From positions 2,464,001 to 2,528,000 of the forward strand of contig CAWDML010000001.1 in NCBI GenBank assembly GCA_963803435.1: 64,000 nucleotides of DNA, read 5' to 3'. Source of the stretch: an uncultured delta proteobacterium (lineage in GTDB: Bacteria; Myxococcota; Kuafuiibacteriia; Kuafuiibacteriales; Kuafuiibacteriaceae). The position numbers and the translations under genes are program-made. This document shows positions 21,382 through 31,492 of this stretch, piece after piece. The notes beneath the pieces were generated by a model. It saw nothing but the letters and a program-made list of their open reading frames with translations. It was not told the DNA's origin and ran no database searches. Positions within the stretch are counted from its first letter, which is position 1. Every line of letters starts with the position of its first letter.

Positions 21382-22425
21382 ATGCATCAGCTCCAGAAAA
21401 CCATTTCGACAATCGCGGGGGCCGTGCTCACCTTGACCGTCTCCGCCACCTTCAACGCCTCCGACGCGCAGGCCCGGCCCCACGTGAGCGTGTCCGTGAG
21501 TGTGTTCGGCGACGCGCTCTCGCCCTACGGGGCGTGGATCTCGGTCCCCGACCTGGGCCGCGTGTGGTGTCCTTACACGGCGGTCGTCAGCGCGGGGTTC
21601 GTGCCGTACGCCACCGCGGGGCGCTGGGTCTACACGGACTATGGTTGGATGTTCGAGAGCGACTATCCCTGGGGATGGGCAACCTTCCACTACGGTCGTT
21701 GGTACGACGATCCGACCCTCGGCTGGGTATGGGCACCCGGAAATGATTGGGCGCCGGCCTGGGTCGATTGGCGCGTCGGCGACGGCTACATCGGCTGGGC
21801 CCCGCTGCCGCCGCCCGTGATCAGGCGACACCCACGCTGGGTGTTCGTCGATCAGGCGCACTTCGTCGATCGCAACGTCTACGTGCATCACCTCCCGCAC
21901 GAGCGCGTTCGCGACGCGTATCGTGCGACGGCCCGGGTCAACGACCGCGTCTCCTACGGAGGCCGGACGTTCGTGCGTGGTCCCGATCCGGTGAGGGTCC
22001 GGACGGTCGCCCGCGTGGAGATCCCGCGCGCCTACGTCCGTCCGCCGGCGGCCGGCCGCGTGGCGGCGGCGCGGATCACCCGCGAACGTGCAGATCACCG
22101 CGCGATCGTGCGCCGAGAAGCCCGGCCGATCGAGCGCGAGCACGATCGGGCGCGCCGTGAGGCCGCCGAGCGACGCGCGCGCGACGAGCACCTCGCCCTG
22201 CAGCGCCGCAACGACCAGCGCCGCGTGAACCAGCAGCGCGCGGCGGCCGAGCACAAGCGCAAGGCCGCGGCCGCACGACGCGAGAACGAGCAGCGCGCCC
22301 GCGCCGAGCAAGCCCGCAAGGAGGCCCAGGCCCGCAAGGAGGCCCAGGCCCGCAACGAGGCGAAGAAGCGCGAGGACGCGAAGCGCCGGGCCCAGCATAC
22401 GAAGCCGCGCGACCACCGCGGCTGA
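21382..22425 (+). CDS. DUF6600-like secreted protein with charged C-terminal tail
   Basis: LSPYGAW, GRWVYTDYGW, PWGWATFHYGRW, WAPAWVDWR, IGWAPLPP. Confidence 0.8.
   Translation: MHQLQKTISTIAGAVLTLTVSATFNASDAQARPHVSVSVSVFGDALSPYGAWISVPDLGRVWCPYTAVVSAGFVPYATAGRWVYTDYGWMFESDYPWGWATFHYGRWYDDPTLGWVWAPGNDWAPAWVDWRVGDGYIGWAPLPPPVIRRHPRWVFVDQAHFVDRNVYVHHLPHERVRDAYRATARVNDRVSYGGRTFVRGPDPVRVRTVARVEIPRAYVRPPAAGRVAAARITRERADHRAIVRREARPIEREHDRARREAAERRARDEHLALQRRNDQRRVNQQRAAAEHKRKAAAARRENEQRARAEQARKEAQARKEAQARNEAKKREDAKRRAQHTKPRDHRG
22312..22365 (+). repeat. 18-bp coding tandem repeat x3 (ARKEAQ)
   Basis: GCCCGCAAGGAGGCCCAG twice plus one degenerate copy. Confidence 0.7.
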
Positions 22426-22540
22426 GCGGCCTCCGTTTACCTCGCCCCTGCCGGTGTCTGGCCAGTTAGAGCCGGTCCAGAAACCGTTCCGTTCGCAGTT
22501 TGCTGTTTCGTCGTTCTGTCATTCGCTGTTCGATCCGGCG

Positions 22541-22890
22541 ATGAAGGGCGATGACATCGCAGAACGACTGCTCAAGTTTGCGAAGCGTGTACTTCGGCTT
22601 TGCCGCGAGTTTTCCCAAACGACTTTGCCGGCAAGCACGTTGTCCGACAGCTGATCCGGTGTTCATCCGGAGGTGGTGCGAATGACGAGGAAGCGCGTGG
22701 CGGCGAGAGCCTTGCCGACTTCATCCACAAGATGGCGGTCGCTCGCAAGGAGATCCGCGAGTCGCTGTACTGGTTGCGTCTTGCCGATCCGGAGCTGATG
22801 CAGGGAGCGGAGATCGCTTCGCTGATCCGAGAGGCCAACGAACTCTCTGCGATTCTGACGAGCTCCATCAAGACGGCGAAGGCTCGATCA
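22541..22890 (+). pseudogene. Four-helix-bundle protein (TIGR02436/23S rRNA IVP-like); frameshift at ~22610, stop read as TCA
   Basis: MKGDDIAERLLKFAKRVLRLC + RQLIRCSSGGGANDEEARGGESLADFIHKMAVARKEIRESLYWLRL...EANELSAILTSSIKTAKAR. Confidence 0.82.
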
Positions 22891-22896
22891 GGGAAG

Positions 22897-23581
22897 TCAT
22901 CGAGCCTGCTGGAACGCGATGATCGCGCACGCAAGATGAACCAGCCCGAGATACCGCGATCCCGTTCGTTCCCACCGCACGAGTCATGCGCGGAACTGGT
23001 TGTGCCAAGCGTTCGTGCGCTCGACAACCCAGCGCCGCGGCCTACCGCGGACACAGCCAGCGAGTGCAGACCGCGGGAGCCCCGTAGGACGACGCCGTCG
23101 AGCGTCTGCTCCACCCGCCACTTGTCGTGCACGTTCGCGCCTGAGATCTCGACCGCCAACGGAACACCACGACCATCCGTGAGCACGTGACGCTTCACGC
23201 CTCGCTTGGCTCGATCCGTCGGGTTCGGACCGGTCAGGTCCCCCCTTTTGGAGCCTTGACGATCGCGCTGTCGAGTGAAGTCCACTTCCACTGTATGCCG
23301 CGCCTCCTGTCGTAGTACCGCAGCAGCTCAGCGAAGATCGCGGTGAAGATCCCTGCTGCGCACCATGCCGCGAATCGACTGTGGCACGTCGAACCGGAGC
23401 TGAACTCGCGCGGCAGGGCCTTCCACTGGCACCCTGTCCGAAGGCGATAGACGATACCTGCCATCACGACGCGATCCGCAACCCGCGGGCGACCTCCCCG
23501 CGGCCTTGGACCTCGCTTCGCGAGTAACGGCTCAATGCGTTTCCACAGGGCGTCCGGAAGACTTGCGAATCTTGCCTGCAT
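22897..23581 (-). pseudogene. IS5-family two-ORF transposase, internally deleted
   Basis: orfA GIVYRLRTGCQW...LDSAIVKAP; AAAAGGGGGG slip site; orfB KRHVLTDGRGVPL, ANVHD; the DKGYD segment is missing; RRWVVERT is followed by an in-frame TGA. Confidence 0.85.
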
Positions 23582-23819
23582 CGACTCTGCAGAACACTCG
23601 ATCGAGCACGATGCAACAACGGCCGCTTTGAATAGCGAATGAGCAGAACGAGCGAAACAGGAAACGCGGAACGGTCCGGAGGTTTTCGGACCGGCTCTTA
23701 GCCCGTCTTCGTTGATACGTGCATTCCGGAGGCCCGTCGGACGATCTCGAAACTCGACATCCGCGGAACAGCAAGTTAACTTGCAATTCGGCTTGCTGGC
23801 TCGAACGTTTCGCGCGCCG

Positions 23820-24239
23820 TTACACCGAGGCTCCGTTTACGCGGATCTCGCTCACCAGCTCCACGTTCCCGCGCAGCGTCGCGCTGACCCCGCAGTAGCG
23901 CTCCTCCGAGAGGGCGACCGCCTTCTTGAGCTTGTCGAGCGGAAGATCGTCACCCTCGAAGCTGTAGGTCACCACGATGCGGAGGAACCTCTTCGGGTGC
24001 TCCTCCGCGAGCTGGCCCTCCGCCTTGACCTCGAACCGCCGCGGCTTCACGCGCATCTTTTCCAGGATCGAGACCACGTCCAGCGCCGTGCAGCCGGCGA
24101 GGGCGGACAGAAGAAGCCCCTTCGGCGCGGGACCGAGCCCTCTGCCCCCGAACTCCGCGTACGCGTCGATCATGAAGCGGTGGCCCTCGAGCTCCGCCTC
24201 GAAGGCCATCCCATCGGTCCAGGTCACTGTGCTTTCCAC
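23820..24239 (-). CDS. OsmC-family protein
   Basis: GPAPKGLLLSALAGCT, ERYCGVSATL; start uncertain. Confidence 0.85.
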   Translation of the reverse strand: MESTVTWTDGMAFEAELEGHRFMIDAYAEFGGRGLGPAPKGLLLSALAGCTALDVVSILEKMRVKPRRFEVKAEGQLAEEHPKRFLRIVVTYSFEGDDLPLDKLKKAVALSEERYCGVSATLRGNVELVSEIRVNGASV

Positions 24240-24330
24240 GACGATAGAGGATCGCAGGTTCCGCGCCGAACGCGCCACCCATGTGGAACCGACCCGACGT
24301 TTCCAAACGGTGGCACGGCCGGGCTCCCCG

Positions 24331-24969
24331 TCAGCCCCGGTTCGGCAGTCCGTCCAGGAAATGCACGGTGCCCGTCTCGAGCTCGTACTCCGCGCCGACC
24401 ACGGCGAACCGACCCACAGCGACCAGATCCTCGAGCAACCGACTCCCGTGCCGGAGGTGATCGACGGACGCGCGCACGTTCGCGCGGATCGCCTCCCGCA
24501 TGACGCCGCTCGCGTCGCCGGGTCGGACCAACCCCTGGATGTGTGGCGCGATGCGATCCGTGATGGCCTGGATGTTCTTCGACTCGGGGCCGAGCCCGGT
24601 CTGCAGCGCGTTCACGGTGGCGGCGACCGCGCCGCAGCGCGTGTGGCCCATGACCACCACCAGGCGGGTGCCGAACTGCGAGGCGGCGAACTCGATCGAG
24701 CCGACCACGGAAGGCGCCACGATGTTGCCGGCGATCCGGACCACGAACAGCTCCCCGAAGCCCTGGTCGAACAAGAGCTCGACGGGCGTCCGCGAGTCGG
24801 AGCACCCGAGGATGATCGCGAAGGGACGCTGCGCCTCGGTGGCGAGGTCCTGGCTCCAGCCGCGCGCGAGCGAGGTCTCGTTGGTCTCGCGGAAGCGACG
24901 GTTCCCTTCGACCAGCCGCTCGAGCGCCTGCTCCGGGGTCAGCGAGGTCGGATCCCAGGTGTGAGGCAT
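24331..24969 (-). CDS. Beta-class carbonic anhydrase
   Basis: GCSDSR, FVVRIAGN, GHTRCGAV. Confidence 0.92.
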   Translation of the reverse strand: MPHTWDPTSLTPEQALERLVEGNRRFRETNETSLARGWSQDLATEAQRPFAIILGCSDSRTPVELLFDQGFGELFVVRIAGNIVAPSVVGSIEFAASQFGTRLVVVMGHTRCGAVAATVNALQTGLGPESKNIQAITDRIAPHIQGLVRPGDASGVMREAIRANVRASVDHLRHGSRLLEDLVAVGRFAVVGAEYELETGTVHFLDGLPNRG

Positions 24970-25004
24970 CGAGCCCGCATAGCACACCGGCCACCGCTTC
25001 GGCA

Positions 25005-27287
25005 TCAAGGAGTTCGAGGATCGCGAGCTCCCCGGCCCCTCAGCGACGCCATCAACGACAGCAGCATGGCGACGAAGATCGCGACCCAGGACGCGAGCGC
25101 GACGTAGACGAAGGCGCGCGGAATGAGGAGGAGCAGATCGACGCCGATCGCCTGCGCGAGTCGGGTCGTGCAGACCGTATACATGCCGAGTGGAAAGACC
25201 ATGCCCCAGTACTGGGGGTCGTAGCGAAACGGGAAGCGGCGGATCAGGTGGCGCCACACACCGAGAATGATCAGCAGCGGGATCCACCAGGTCGCCGTGA
25301 CCCAGAACAGGAGCGTGAAGCCCGTGAGGAAGGGGGCCAGCATCTCGAGGGAGAGGAACTGGCTCACCACGCGGCCGGTGGTGAGGATGATCGGGTACTC
25401 GGCGTCGACGTCCTCGGCCGGTCCGACGTACCGCGTCGCGATGAAGCGCGCCCTTCCGTCTGCAAAATAGAAGGGGCCCGCCCCCCGGGCGACCGGGTTC
25501 CACGATCCGGGCTCGAAGAGACGGACCGTCCCGGTGGGACCGGGCTCCGGCGCGCCGTCCGGCGTCTCGCTCCGGCAGGGCCAGAACACGCCGAAGTTCT
25601 CCTCGATCCGCTGGTACGTGACGCCCGAGTAGTCGCTCACGCCGCCCCTCGAGGCGATCCGGAGCTCCTCGAAGATCGCCTCCGGGCTCTCGAACGTGAA
25701 GCCGCGGCCGCGCCCAAGGGCGTGGGCGAGATCCTGGATGATCCGCCAGTCCTGCCGGGCCTCTCCCGGGCAGTCGACCGCCTTGTGGATGCGGACGATA
25801 CGGCCCTCCACCTGCGTGACCGTTCCTTCGTCCTCCTCCTGCAGCGATCCGGGGAGCACGACGTCGGCGTAGCGCGCGGTCTCGCTCATGAAGAAGTCGA
25901 TGGCGACGAAGAAGTCGAGCTTCTCGAGCGCCGCGCGGACGAAGTTGTTGTCCGGCAGCGACACGACCGGGTTGAAGCAGAGCGAGAGCAACCCGCGGAT
26001 CTCGCCGGAGTGGGCCTTGCGCATGATCTCGTAGGCATCGACCCCCGGCCGGGGAAGATCGTCGGGGCTGATGCCCCAGACGCCGGCCACGTGAGCGCGG
26101 TGCTCCGGGTTCGCGAGGTCGCGACCGCCCGGGAGCTGGTCGCATTTCTGCCCGTGCTCGCGGCCGCCCTGACCGTTGGCCTGGCCGGTGATCGTGGCGT
26201 AGCCGCAGCTCGGGCGGCCGATGCGTCCCGAGGCCAGGACCAGGTTGATCGCGCTGAGGACGTTCTGCACGCCGTGGCTGTGATGCTCGATGCCGCGGGC
26301 GTGCATCAGGAAGCTCGTCGTCGCGGTGCCCCACCACTCGGCGGCCTGGCGGATCGCCTTCTCGGCGATCCCGGTGACCTCCGCCGTCCTGCGCGGTGTC
26401 CACTCCCGTACCTCCTCGGCCACCGACTCGAAGCCCACGGTGTGCCGATCGATGAACGCGTGATCGAGCCAGTCGTTCTCGATCATCAGCCGGAGGATGC
26501 CGTTGAAGAGCGCGGTATCCCGCCCGGGCTTGACCGGTAGGAACAGATCACAGGTGCGGGCGATCGGTGTGATCCGGGGATCGACGACGATGACCTTCGC
26601 GCCGTGCTCGCGCGCCTGCCAGACGTAATCCGTGGTGATGGGGGCGCACTCGGCGACGTTCGCGCCTGCGATCAGGACGACCTCCGTGCCGAGGATGTCG
26701 GCCCATGGGTTCGCCGCGCGATCGATCCCGAACGCCTTCTTGTTGCCGGCCGCCGCGCTGACCATGCAGAGCCGGCCGTTGTAGTCGATGTTCGCGGTGC
26801 GCAGGCACATGTGGGCGAGCTTGCCCATCAGGTACGTCTTCTCGGTGGTGAGGCTCGCGCCGGAGAGGACGGCGAAGGCGTCGGGCCCATGCTCGCGCTG
26901 GATGCGCTCGATCGCCTCGGCGACCCGGCGGATCGCCTCTGCGTACGAGAGCGCCCGGAAGCCGGAGGGCGCGGCGGAGTCCTTCTCGTACGCCGAGAGG
27001 AGCCGATCCGGATGAGCCTGCTGGAGGTAACGCTTGACCCCCTTCGGGCAGAGCATCCCGTGGTTGAACGGGAACTCGTACCACGGCTCGATGCCGATGA
27101 TCGTGTTGTCCTTGACCTTCAGCTGCAGCCCGCACTGCTGGCCGCAGAAGCAGCAGTGGCTCTTCACGACAGCGTCCGGCTCCACCCCGCTGTCGACGCG
27201 GACGCCGCTCGCGTACGCGCGGAAGGGCCCGAACTCCCCGATCACGTCGAGGTCGAGCGGCGGCTGGCTTCGCTCGCCTTCGCTCAT
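25005..27287 (-). CDS. Molybdopterin oxidoreductase (Nas/Nap-like) fused in frame to a TDT/SLAC1 transporter C-terminal fragment
   Basis: [10 protein letters not shown]...CPKG 4Fe-4S motif, NGRLCM Mo ligand, GQANGQG; after [11 protein letters not shown] it switches to TATWWIPLL...[11 protein letters not shown]. Confidence 0.75.
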   Translation of the reverse strand: MSEGERSQPPLDLDVIGEFGPFRAYASGVRVDSGVEPDAVVKSHCCFCGQQCGLQLKVKDNTIIGIEPWYEFPFNHGMLCPKGVKRYLQQAHPDRLLSAYEKDSAAPSGFRALSYAEAIRRVAEAIERIQREHGPDAFAVLSGASLTTEKTYLMGKLAHMCLRTANIDYNGRLCMVSAAAGNKKAFGIDRAANPWADILGTEVVLIAGANVAECAPITTDYVWQAREHGAKVIVVDPRITPIARTCDLFLPVKPGRDTALFNGILRLMIENDWLDHAFIDRHTVGFESVAEEVREWTPRRTAEVTGIAEKAIRQAAEWWGTATTSFLMHARGIEHHSHGVQNVLSAINLVLASGRIGRPSCGYATITGQANGQGGREHGQKCDQLPGGRDLANPEHRAHVAGVWGISPDDLPRPGVDAYEIMRKAHSGEIRGLLSLCFNPVVSLPDNNFVRAALEKLDFFVAIDFFMSETARYADVVLPGSLQEEDEGTVTQVEGRIVRIHKAVDCPGEARQDWRIIQDLAHALGRGRGFTFESPEAIFEELRIASRGGVSDYSGVTYQRIEENFGVFWPCRSETPDGAPEPGPTGTVRLFEPGSWNPVARGAGPFYFADGRARFIATRYVGPAEDVDAEYPIILTTGRVVSQFLSLEMLAPFLTGFTLLFWVTATWWIPLLIILGVWRHLIRRFPFRYDPQYWGMVFPLGMYTVCTTRLAQAIGVDLLLLIPRAFVYVALASWVAIFVAMLLSLMASLRGRGARDPRTP

Positions 27288-28468
27288 GGATGAAAGTTCT
27301 CCGCGTCCTCGCTGTCGAGGGGACCTTCGCCGAGCCCGGCGTTCGCGTAGGTCGGCATCGGGAGCGGCGCGGCGCCGGTCAGCGAGGCGCCTCCCCGTTG
27401 GCCCTGCCATAGCAGCCCCTGCGCGATGCCGAAGGAGGCCCGGCGGCAGGGCGGGCAGATCCATTGCCAGTGCTCGGCCTCGCTGCTCGGGACCTGGTAG
27501 CGATAGCCGAGCTCGGCCTCCACCTGGATGAGATCGAGGACGTGCATGCGCGAGGTGAACGGATGGCCGCAGCGACGGCAGCACGCCTTCTCCGCGTCAC
27601 GGCCGACATCCTTGTAGAACCCGACGCCGAGCTGCGCGGGACGCTGGAAGACGTGAAAGAACTTACCGAACGGGAGCCAGATGAAGGTCGCGATCACGGT
27701 GACGGCGTGCAGGATCGAGATGAAGGTGAAGCCGTACCCCTGCATCCACGTGTAGCTGGCGGTGAGCATCAGACCGGTGACGCTGACGGAGAAGAGGAGG
27801 AGGAGCGGCATGAAGTCTTCGGCAAACCGCTGGAGCGCACCCGCGCCCTCCTCCCGCATCCTCCGGCGCATCGCCAGCATGACGCCGGCGATCACCAGGA
27901 ACGAGGCCCAGACCAGCCCGTGGAAGAGGAAGAAGGCGATCGGCGAGTCGTGCGGAAAGCGGAAGGCCGGGAAGCCGAAGAGGACGATCTCGTAGAGCGA
28001 GAGGTCCCCGGGTACCGGGCGAAAATGAAGCCAGCCGAAGACCAGCGGGAACGTGATCAGCACGGCAATGATGCAGCCCCACATGATCGAGAGATGCGCC
28101 AGGCCGCGGAACCGGTCGCGCCGGATGATGAATCGGTTGCCGAGGACGTCGACTGTCGCGCGTGACAGCCAGGCGAAGACGTTGTCGATCCGGCGGCCGC
28201 GCTGCCAGAACGCTTGCCAGCCACGCCGCCAGTACAGGGCGGTCGGCGGCCGGGAGAGCCACATCGCGTAGCGGTAGGTCAGGCCGAACGTCGCGAACAG
28301 GATCGAGGAGGTATAAGCCACCAGGGCGGCGTCGAAGTGGGCCAGGTTCCGCGATCCCACCAGGATGAGGATCCCGAGCAGCAGCATCGCCGCGGCGCCC
28401 CACACGGCCGAGCGGACCACCTCCGGCGGCGTCGACCGCGCCTGATCTCGAGCGCCTTCGATCGTCAT
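27284..28468 (-). CDS. Membrane protein, NarI/gamma-subunit-like, with C-terminal Cys motifs
   Basis: About 7 TMs, [24 protein letters not shown] and CPPC; ATGA-coupled to the Mo enzyme. Confidence 0.6.
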   Translation of the reverse strand: MTIEGARDQARSTPPEVVRSAVWGAAAMLLLGILILVGSRNLAHFDAALVAYTSSILFATFGLTYRYAMWLSRPPTALYWRRGWQAFWQRGRRIDNVFAWLSRATVDVLGNRFIIRRDRFRGLAHLSIMWGCIIAVLITFPLVFGWLHFRPVPGDLSLYEIVLFGFPAFRFPHDSPIAFFLFHGLVWASFLVIAGVMLAMRRRMREEGAGALQRFAEDFMPLLLLFSVSVTGLMLTASYTWMQGYGFTFISILHAVTVIATFIWLPFGKFFHVFQRPAQLGVGFYKDVGRDAEKACCRRCGHPFTSRMHVLDLIQVEAELGYRYQVPSSEAEHWQWICPPCRRASFGIAQGLLWQGQRGGASLTGAAPLPMPTYANAGLGEGPLDSEDAENFHP

Positions 28469-28469
28469 C

Positions 28470-30323
28470 TCAACGGTGGAGGCGTTCGCGCCGGAACCAC
28501 GCGAATGTCCGCTCCTTGTGCGTACCGTGATGAAGATGCCGCTGGTATGCAACGAGGATGTCGCCGCGGGTCAGCAGACCGATCACGCAGGCCGCAGGGC
28601 CTTCGGAGACCACGGCGAGTCGACCGTGGCCCGAAGCGGCCATCATGTCGATCGCCTCGCGCAGCGAGTGGCCCTCCGCGATCACCAGGGCGGGGCCCTC
28701 GGTCAGATCCGACACGCTCCGGTCGGCGTCCTGCGCGTCGAACAGCCTCTTCTCCCTGAGCATGCCGATCGCGCGGCCCGCCTCGTCGACCACCGGATAG
28801 CACCGGTGTCGGACCGCCGCTACCGCCAGCCGGTCGCGAGCCTGGGCAACGCTCTCCTCCGCGCTCAGCGTGGCGGCCGGACAGGTCGCCGCCTCGCGCA
28901 CCGCGACCTGGTTGAAGAGATCGAAGGAGTATTCGGAGGAGACGCGCGCACCCCGCCGGGCGATCTTCTCGGTCATGATCGAGTCCTTCATCCAGAGGCA
29001 TGAGACGAGAAAGCTCGCGCCGCATCCTCCGAGGAGAGGGAGCAGCGTGGCGGGCTGACGCGTCGCCTCGAAGGCGAACACGACCGAGGCGAGGAACGCG
29101 CGCGAGGCACCTGCGAACATCGCGGCCATCCCGACCAGCGCGCCCACGCGGGGGTCGAGGGTGGCCTCCGGAAAGAGCGGCCCGATCGCGGCGGACAGGC
29201 TCGCGCCCAGCCCGCCTCCGATGATGAAGAGCGGGGCGAGGGTGCCGCCCGAGGTGCCGCTGCCCAGCGAGATCGACCAGGAGGCGAGCTTGAGCAGACA
29301 GAGGACGATCACCGCCCGGCCGAGCAGGTCGCCCGAGACCATCTGCTCGATCAGATCGTAGCCCACGCCCATGGTGCGGGGCTCGAGGTAGCCGATCAGA
29401 CCAACGGGGAGAGCGCCGAGGACGGGCCACCACATCCAGTGGATCGGCAGGCGGTCGAAGGCGTCCTCGATCCGGTAGACGAGCCGAGTCGCGCCGATCG
29501 AGGCGAGACCGACGACGGCGCCGACGATCACGTATCCGATCAACGCGAGCTCGCCGCCGGAGACGACGTCGGGCATCGCGAAGACCGGCGCAGTCCCGAC
29601 CAGCGCGACGCGGATCCCGGTGGCGGTGGCGCTCGCGAACGCGACGGGGATCAGCGAGCGCGGGCGATACTCGAAGAGCAGGAGCTCGACCGCCAGCAGC
29701 ACCGCCGCGATCGGGCTCCCGAAGGTGGCCGTCATCCCGGCGGCGGCGCCCGCGGCCAGCAGCGTCTTGCGCTCGTCGGCGGTGATCTCGAGCAGCTGTC
29801 CGAGGAAGGAGCCGAGGGCGCCGCCGGTGGCGATGATCGGTCCTTCGGCGCCGAACGGGCCGCCCGTTCCGATCGAGATGGCGGCCGAGAGCGGCTTGAG
29901 GAAGGTGACCCTCAGCGGGATCCGGCTCTTGTTGAAGAGGATCTGCTCCATGGCCTCCGGGATGCCGTGACCCCGGATGGCGGTCGAGCCGTAGCGCGCC
30001 ATCAACCCGATCAGCACCGCCCCAGCCACCGGCACGACGACCACGAAGAGGCCGAGCTCGTTCTCGGCGGGAGAGACGAAGGCGACGGAGAAGCGCCCGT
30101 AGAAGGAGACGTTCGTGATGAGCCCGATCAGCGCGGTGAGCCCGCGCGCCACGAAGGCGGCGATGACACCGATGAGTGTCGCAGCGGCGGTGATCCAGAC
30201 GGTTCGAGCGTCGATCACCCGGCGCTCTCGCGGGATCCGGATCCTCGAGATCTCCGGCGCCATCGAGGGCGCGACCGGGAGGCCCTCCGTGGTGGCCGCC
30301 GCCTCGACGTCACGATCGGCCAC
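28470..30323 (-). CDS. CLC-family chloride channel/antiporter with CBS domains
   Basis: GHGIPE, GAEGP, GGTLAP, C-terminal CBS pair. Confidence 0.9.
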   Translation of the reverse strand: MADRDVEAAATTEGLPVAPSMAPEISRIRIPRERRVIDARTVWITAAATLIGVIAAFVARGLTALIGLITNVSFYGRFSVAFVSPAENELGLFVVVVPVAGAVLIGLMARYGSTAIRGHGIPEAMEQILFNKSRIPLRVTFLKPLSAAISIGTGGPFGAEGPIIATGGALGSFLGQLLEITADERKTLLAAGAAAGMTATFGSPIAAVLLAVELLLFEYRPRSLIPVAFASATATGIRVALVGTAPVFAMPDVVSGGELALIGYVIVGAVVGLASIGATRLVYRIEDAFDRLPIHWMWWPVLGALPVGLIGYLEPRTMGVGYDLIEQMVSGDLLGRAVIVLCLLKLASWSISLGSGTSGGTLAPLFIIGGGLGASLSAAIGPLFPEATLDPRVGALVGMAAMFAGASRAFLASVVFAFEATRQPATLLPLLGGCGASFLVSCLWMKDSIMTEKIARRGARVSSEYSFDLFNQVAVREAATCPAATLSAEESVAQARDRLAVAAVRHRCYPVVDEAGRAIGMLREKRLFDAQDADRSVSDLTEGPALVIAEGHSLREAIDMMAASGHGRLAVVSEGPAACVIGLLTRGDILVAYQRHLHHGTHKERTFAWFRRERLHR

Positions 30324-30831
30324 GGCGCGCCCTCCGATCCGAGCTCCGCTCTGGCTCCTCCTCGAAGAACATGTCGGGCGGCGATTCGCCCGCGTCCAGC
30401 GCGATCACGAGCTTCTCCATCACCCGCACCAGCGTTCCCAGCTCAGCCTCCGGCAGCGAGGCGAGCGCTCCCAGCAGGCGGAGCTGGACCGGCGCGGGTG
30501 CGTCGCGGAGCAGCCGCTCACCCTTCGCGGTGAGATAGAGCGCCGCGCGCCGGGCGTCGTCGGCCGCAGCGTGGCGCACCACCAGGCCCCGCTCGACCAG
30601 CCGCCGCACGACCACCGAGACGGAGCTCGGATCCGTGAGCGTTCGTGCGGCCAGCTCGCCGAGCGCGGCGCCCGGCGCGACGCTCAGCTGATGCAGCACG
30701 AAGAGCTGCGCTCCACTGATCCCGGCCGTCTGCTCGCTGTGCTTCGAGGCCAGGCGGAGCGTGCGGATGACGCGGCGGAGGTGGTCGAGCGCGGTCTGGG
30801 CGTTGTCGACCGGGGCCACGACCGAATCCAT
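30310..30831 (-). CDS. MarR-family transcriptional regulator
   Basis: SGAQLFVL, SSVSVVVRRLVERGLV, DARR, LTAKG. Confidence 0.9.
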   Translation of the reverse strand: MDSVVAPVDNAQTALDHLRRVIRTLRLASKHSEQTAGISGAQLFVLHQLSVAPGAALGELAARTLTDPSSVSVVVRRLVERGLVVRHAAADDARRAALYLTAKGERLLRDAPAPVQLRLLGALASLPEAELGTLVRVMEKLVIALDAGESPPDMFFEEEPERSSDRRARRGRS

Positions 30832-30872
30832 GGGATCCCAAGTATTTCATCCGCGGCGGGATCACAACGGAT

Positions 30873-31259
30873 TTATGGGCGATCCGCGCTCTTCGGCCAG
30901 GCCGACAGCAGCGCGTCGAGCTGTTCGCCGGTCATGACCTCCTGGGCCCGCTCGAAGAGCTCCCGCTCCTCGAAGCGAATGTGGTCGTGAAGCTGGCGGC
31001 CGAAGTCCGCGAGCGATCCCTGCACCCCCACCCGGCGGCGAAGCTCCGCGTGATCGGCGAGCGCGCGCTCGACGATCGGATCGGCGCCGAGCGCAGGGAA
31101 GAGGAGGCGCTCCTCGATCGAGAAGTGCGGCTCGAGCTCCTCGGCGAAGATCCCGGCCACCTCCTGCCAGCTCACCTCGAGCGCGAGGCAGCGGCGGGCC
31201 AGCGCGAGCCCGTGGTGGTGATCCTGGCTCAGCCCGACGAGCGCGGCGTGTCGCTTCAT
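30873..31259 (-). CDS. Hemerythrin-domain protein
   Basis: MKRHAALVGLSQDHHHGL, HFSIEERLLFP, HIRFEERELF. Confidence 0.85.
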   Translation of the reverse strand: MKRHAALVGLSQDHHHGLALARRCLALEVSWQEVAGIFAEELEPHFSIEERLLFPALGADPIVERALADHAELRRRVGVQGSLADFGRQLHDHIRFEERELFERAQEVMTGEQLDALLSAWPKSADRP

Positions 31260-31345
31260 CCCGAAGCCAGGATAGGAGCGTGTAGCGCGTAGCGCTACCG
31301 CGAGCCCGGTCCGGGTCCCGGTCCCGGTCCGGGTCCCGATGGCGA

Positions 31346-31492
31346 TCATGCAGCCCGGCGTGCGTTCATCGACTTGATGAGGCGCGTGAGCCTCTCGACA
31401 ACGCGCTTGAGCTTGGCTCTGGCGGCTTGGACCTTCTGCTCGTTGGCGAGTCGGCGCCTCAAGCAGGTGTGGAGTGAGGCGGCGCTTTCTCG
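31346..31492 (-). pseudogene. C-terminal fragment of a probable four-helix-bundle protein
   Basis: RESAASLHTCLRRRLANEQKVQAARAKLKRVVERLTRLIKSMNARRAA* resembles the last two helices of the TIGR02436 family; stop 5 bp from the IR. Confidence 0.6.

Larger units (their letters stand above)
22469..23697. mobile_element. IS5-family (IS427-like) element carrying a four-helix-bundle gene; degenerate
   Basis: TTA|GAGCCGGTCCAGAAACC ... GGTTTTCGGACCGGCTC|TTA: 17-bp TIR with a 3-bp TTA duplication; the inverted similarity extends ~60 bp inward. Confidence 0.88.

Noticed and set aside
22890-23190. C-terminal extension of the 4HB ORF to 23190
   Set aside because: Antisense to the transposase; arises from the TGA->TCA change at 22889.
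24331-26403. 690-aa extended carbonic anhydrase
   Set aside because: The extension is an off-frame read of the Mo-enzyme gene; the real start is ATG 24969.
31300-31340. CRISPR-like array from the short repeats
   Set aside because: Contiguous 6-bp units without spacers; no cas genes.
22541-31492. Diversity-generating retroelement suggested by Avd-like four-helix-bundle genes
   Set aside because: No reverse transcriptase and no TR/VR pair with adenine-specific differences seen in the window.
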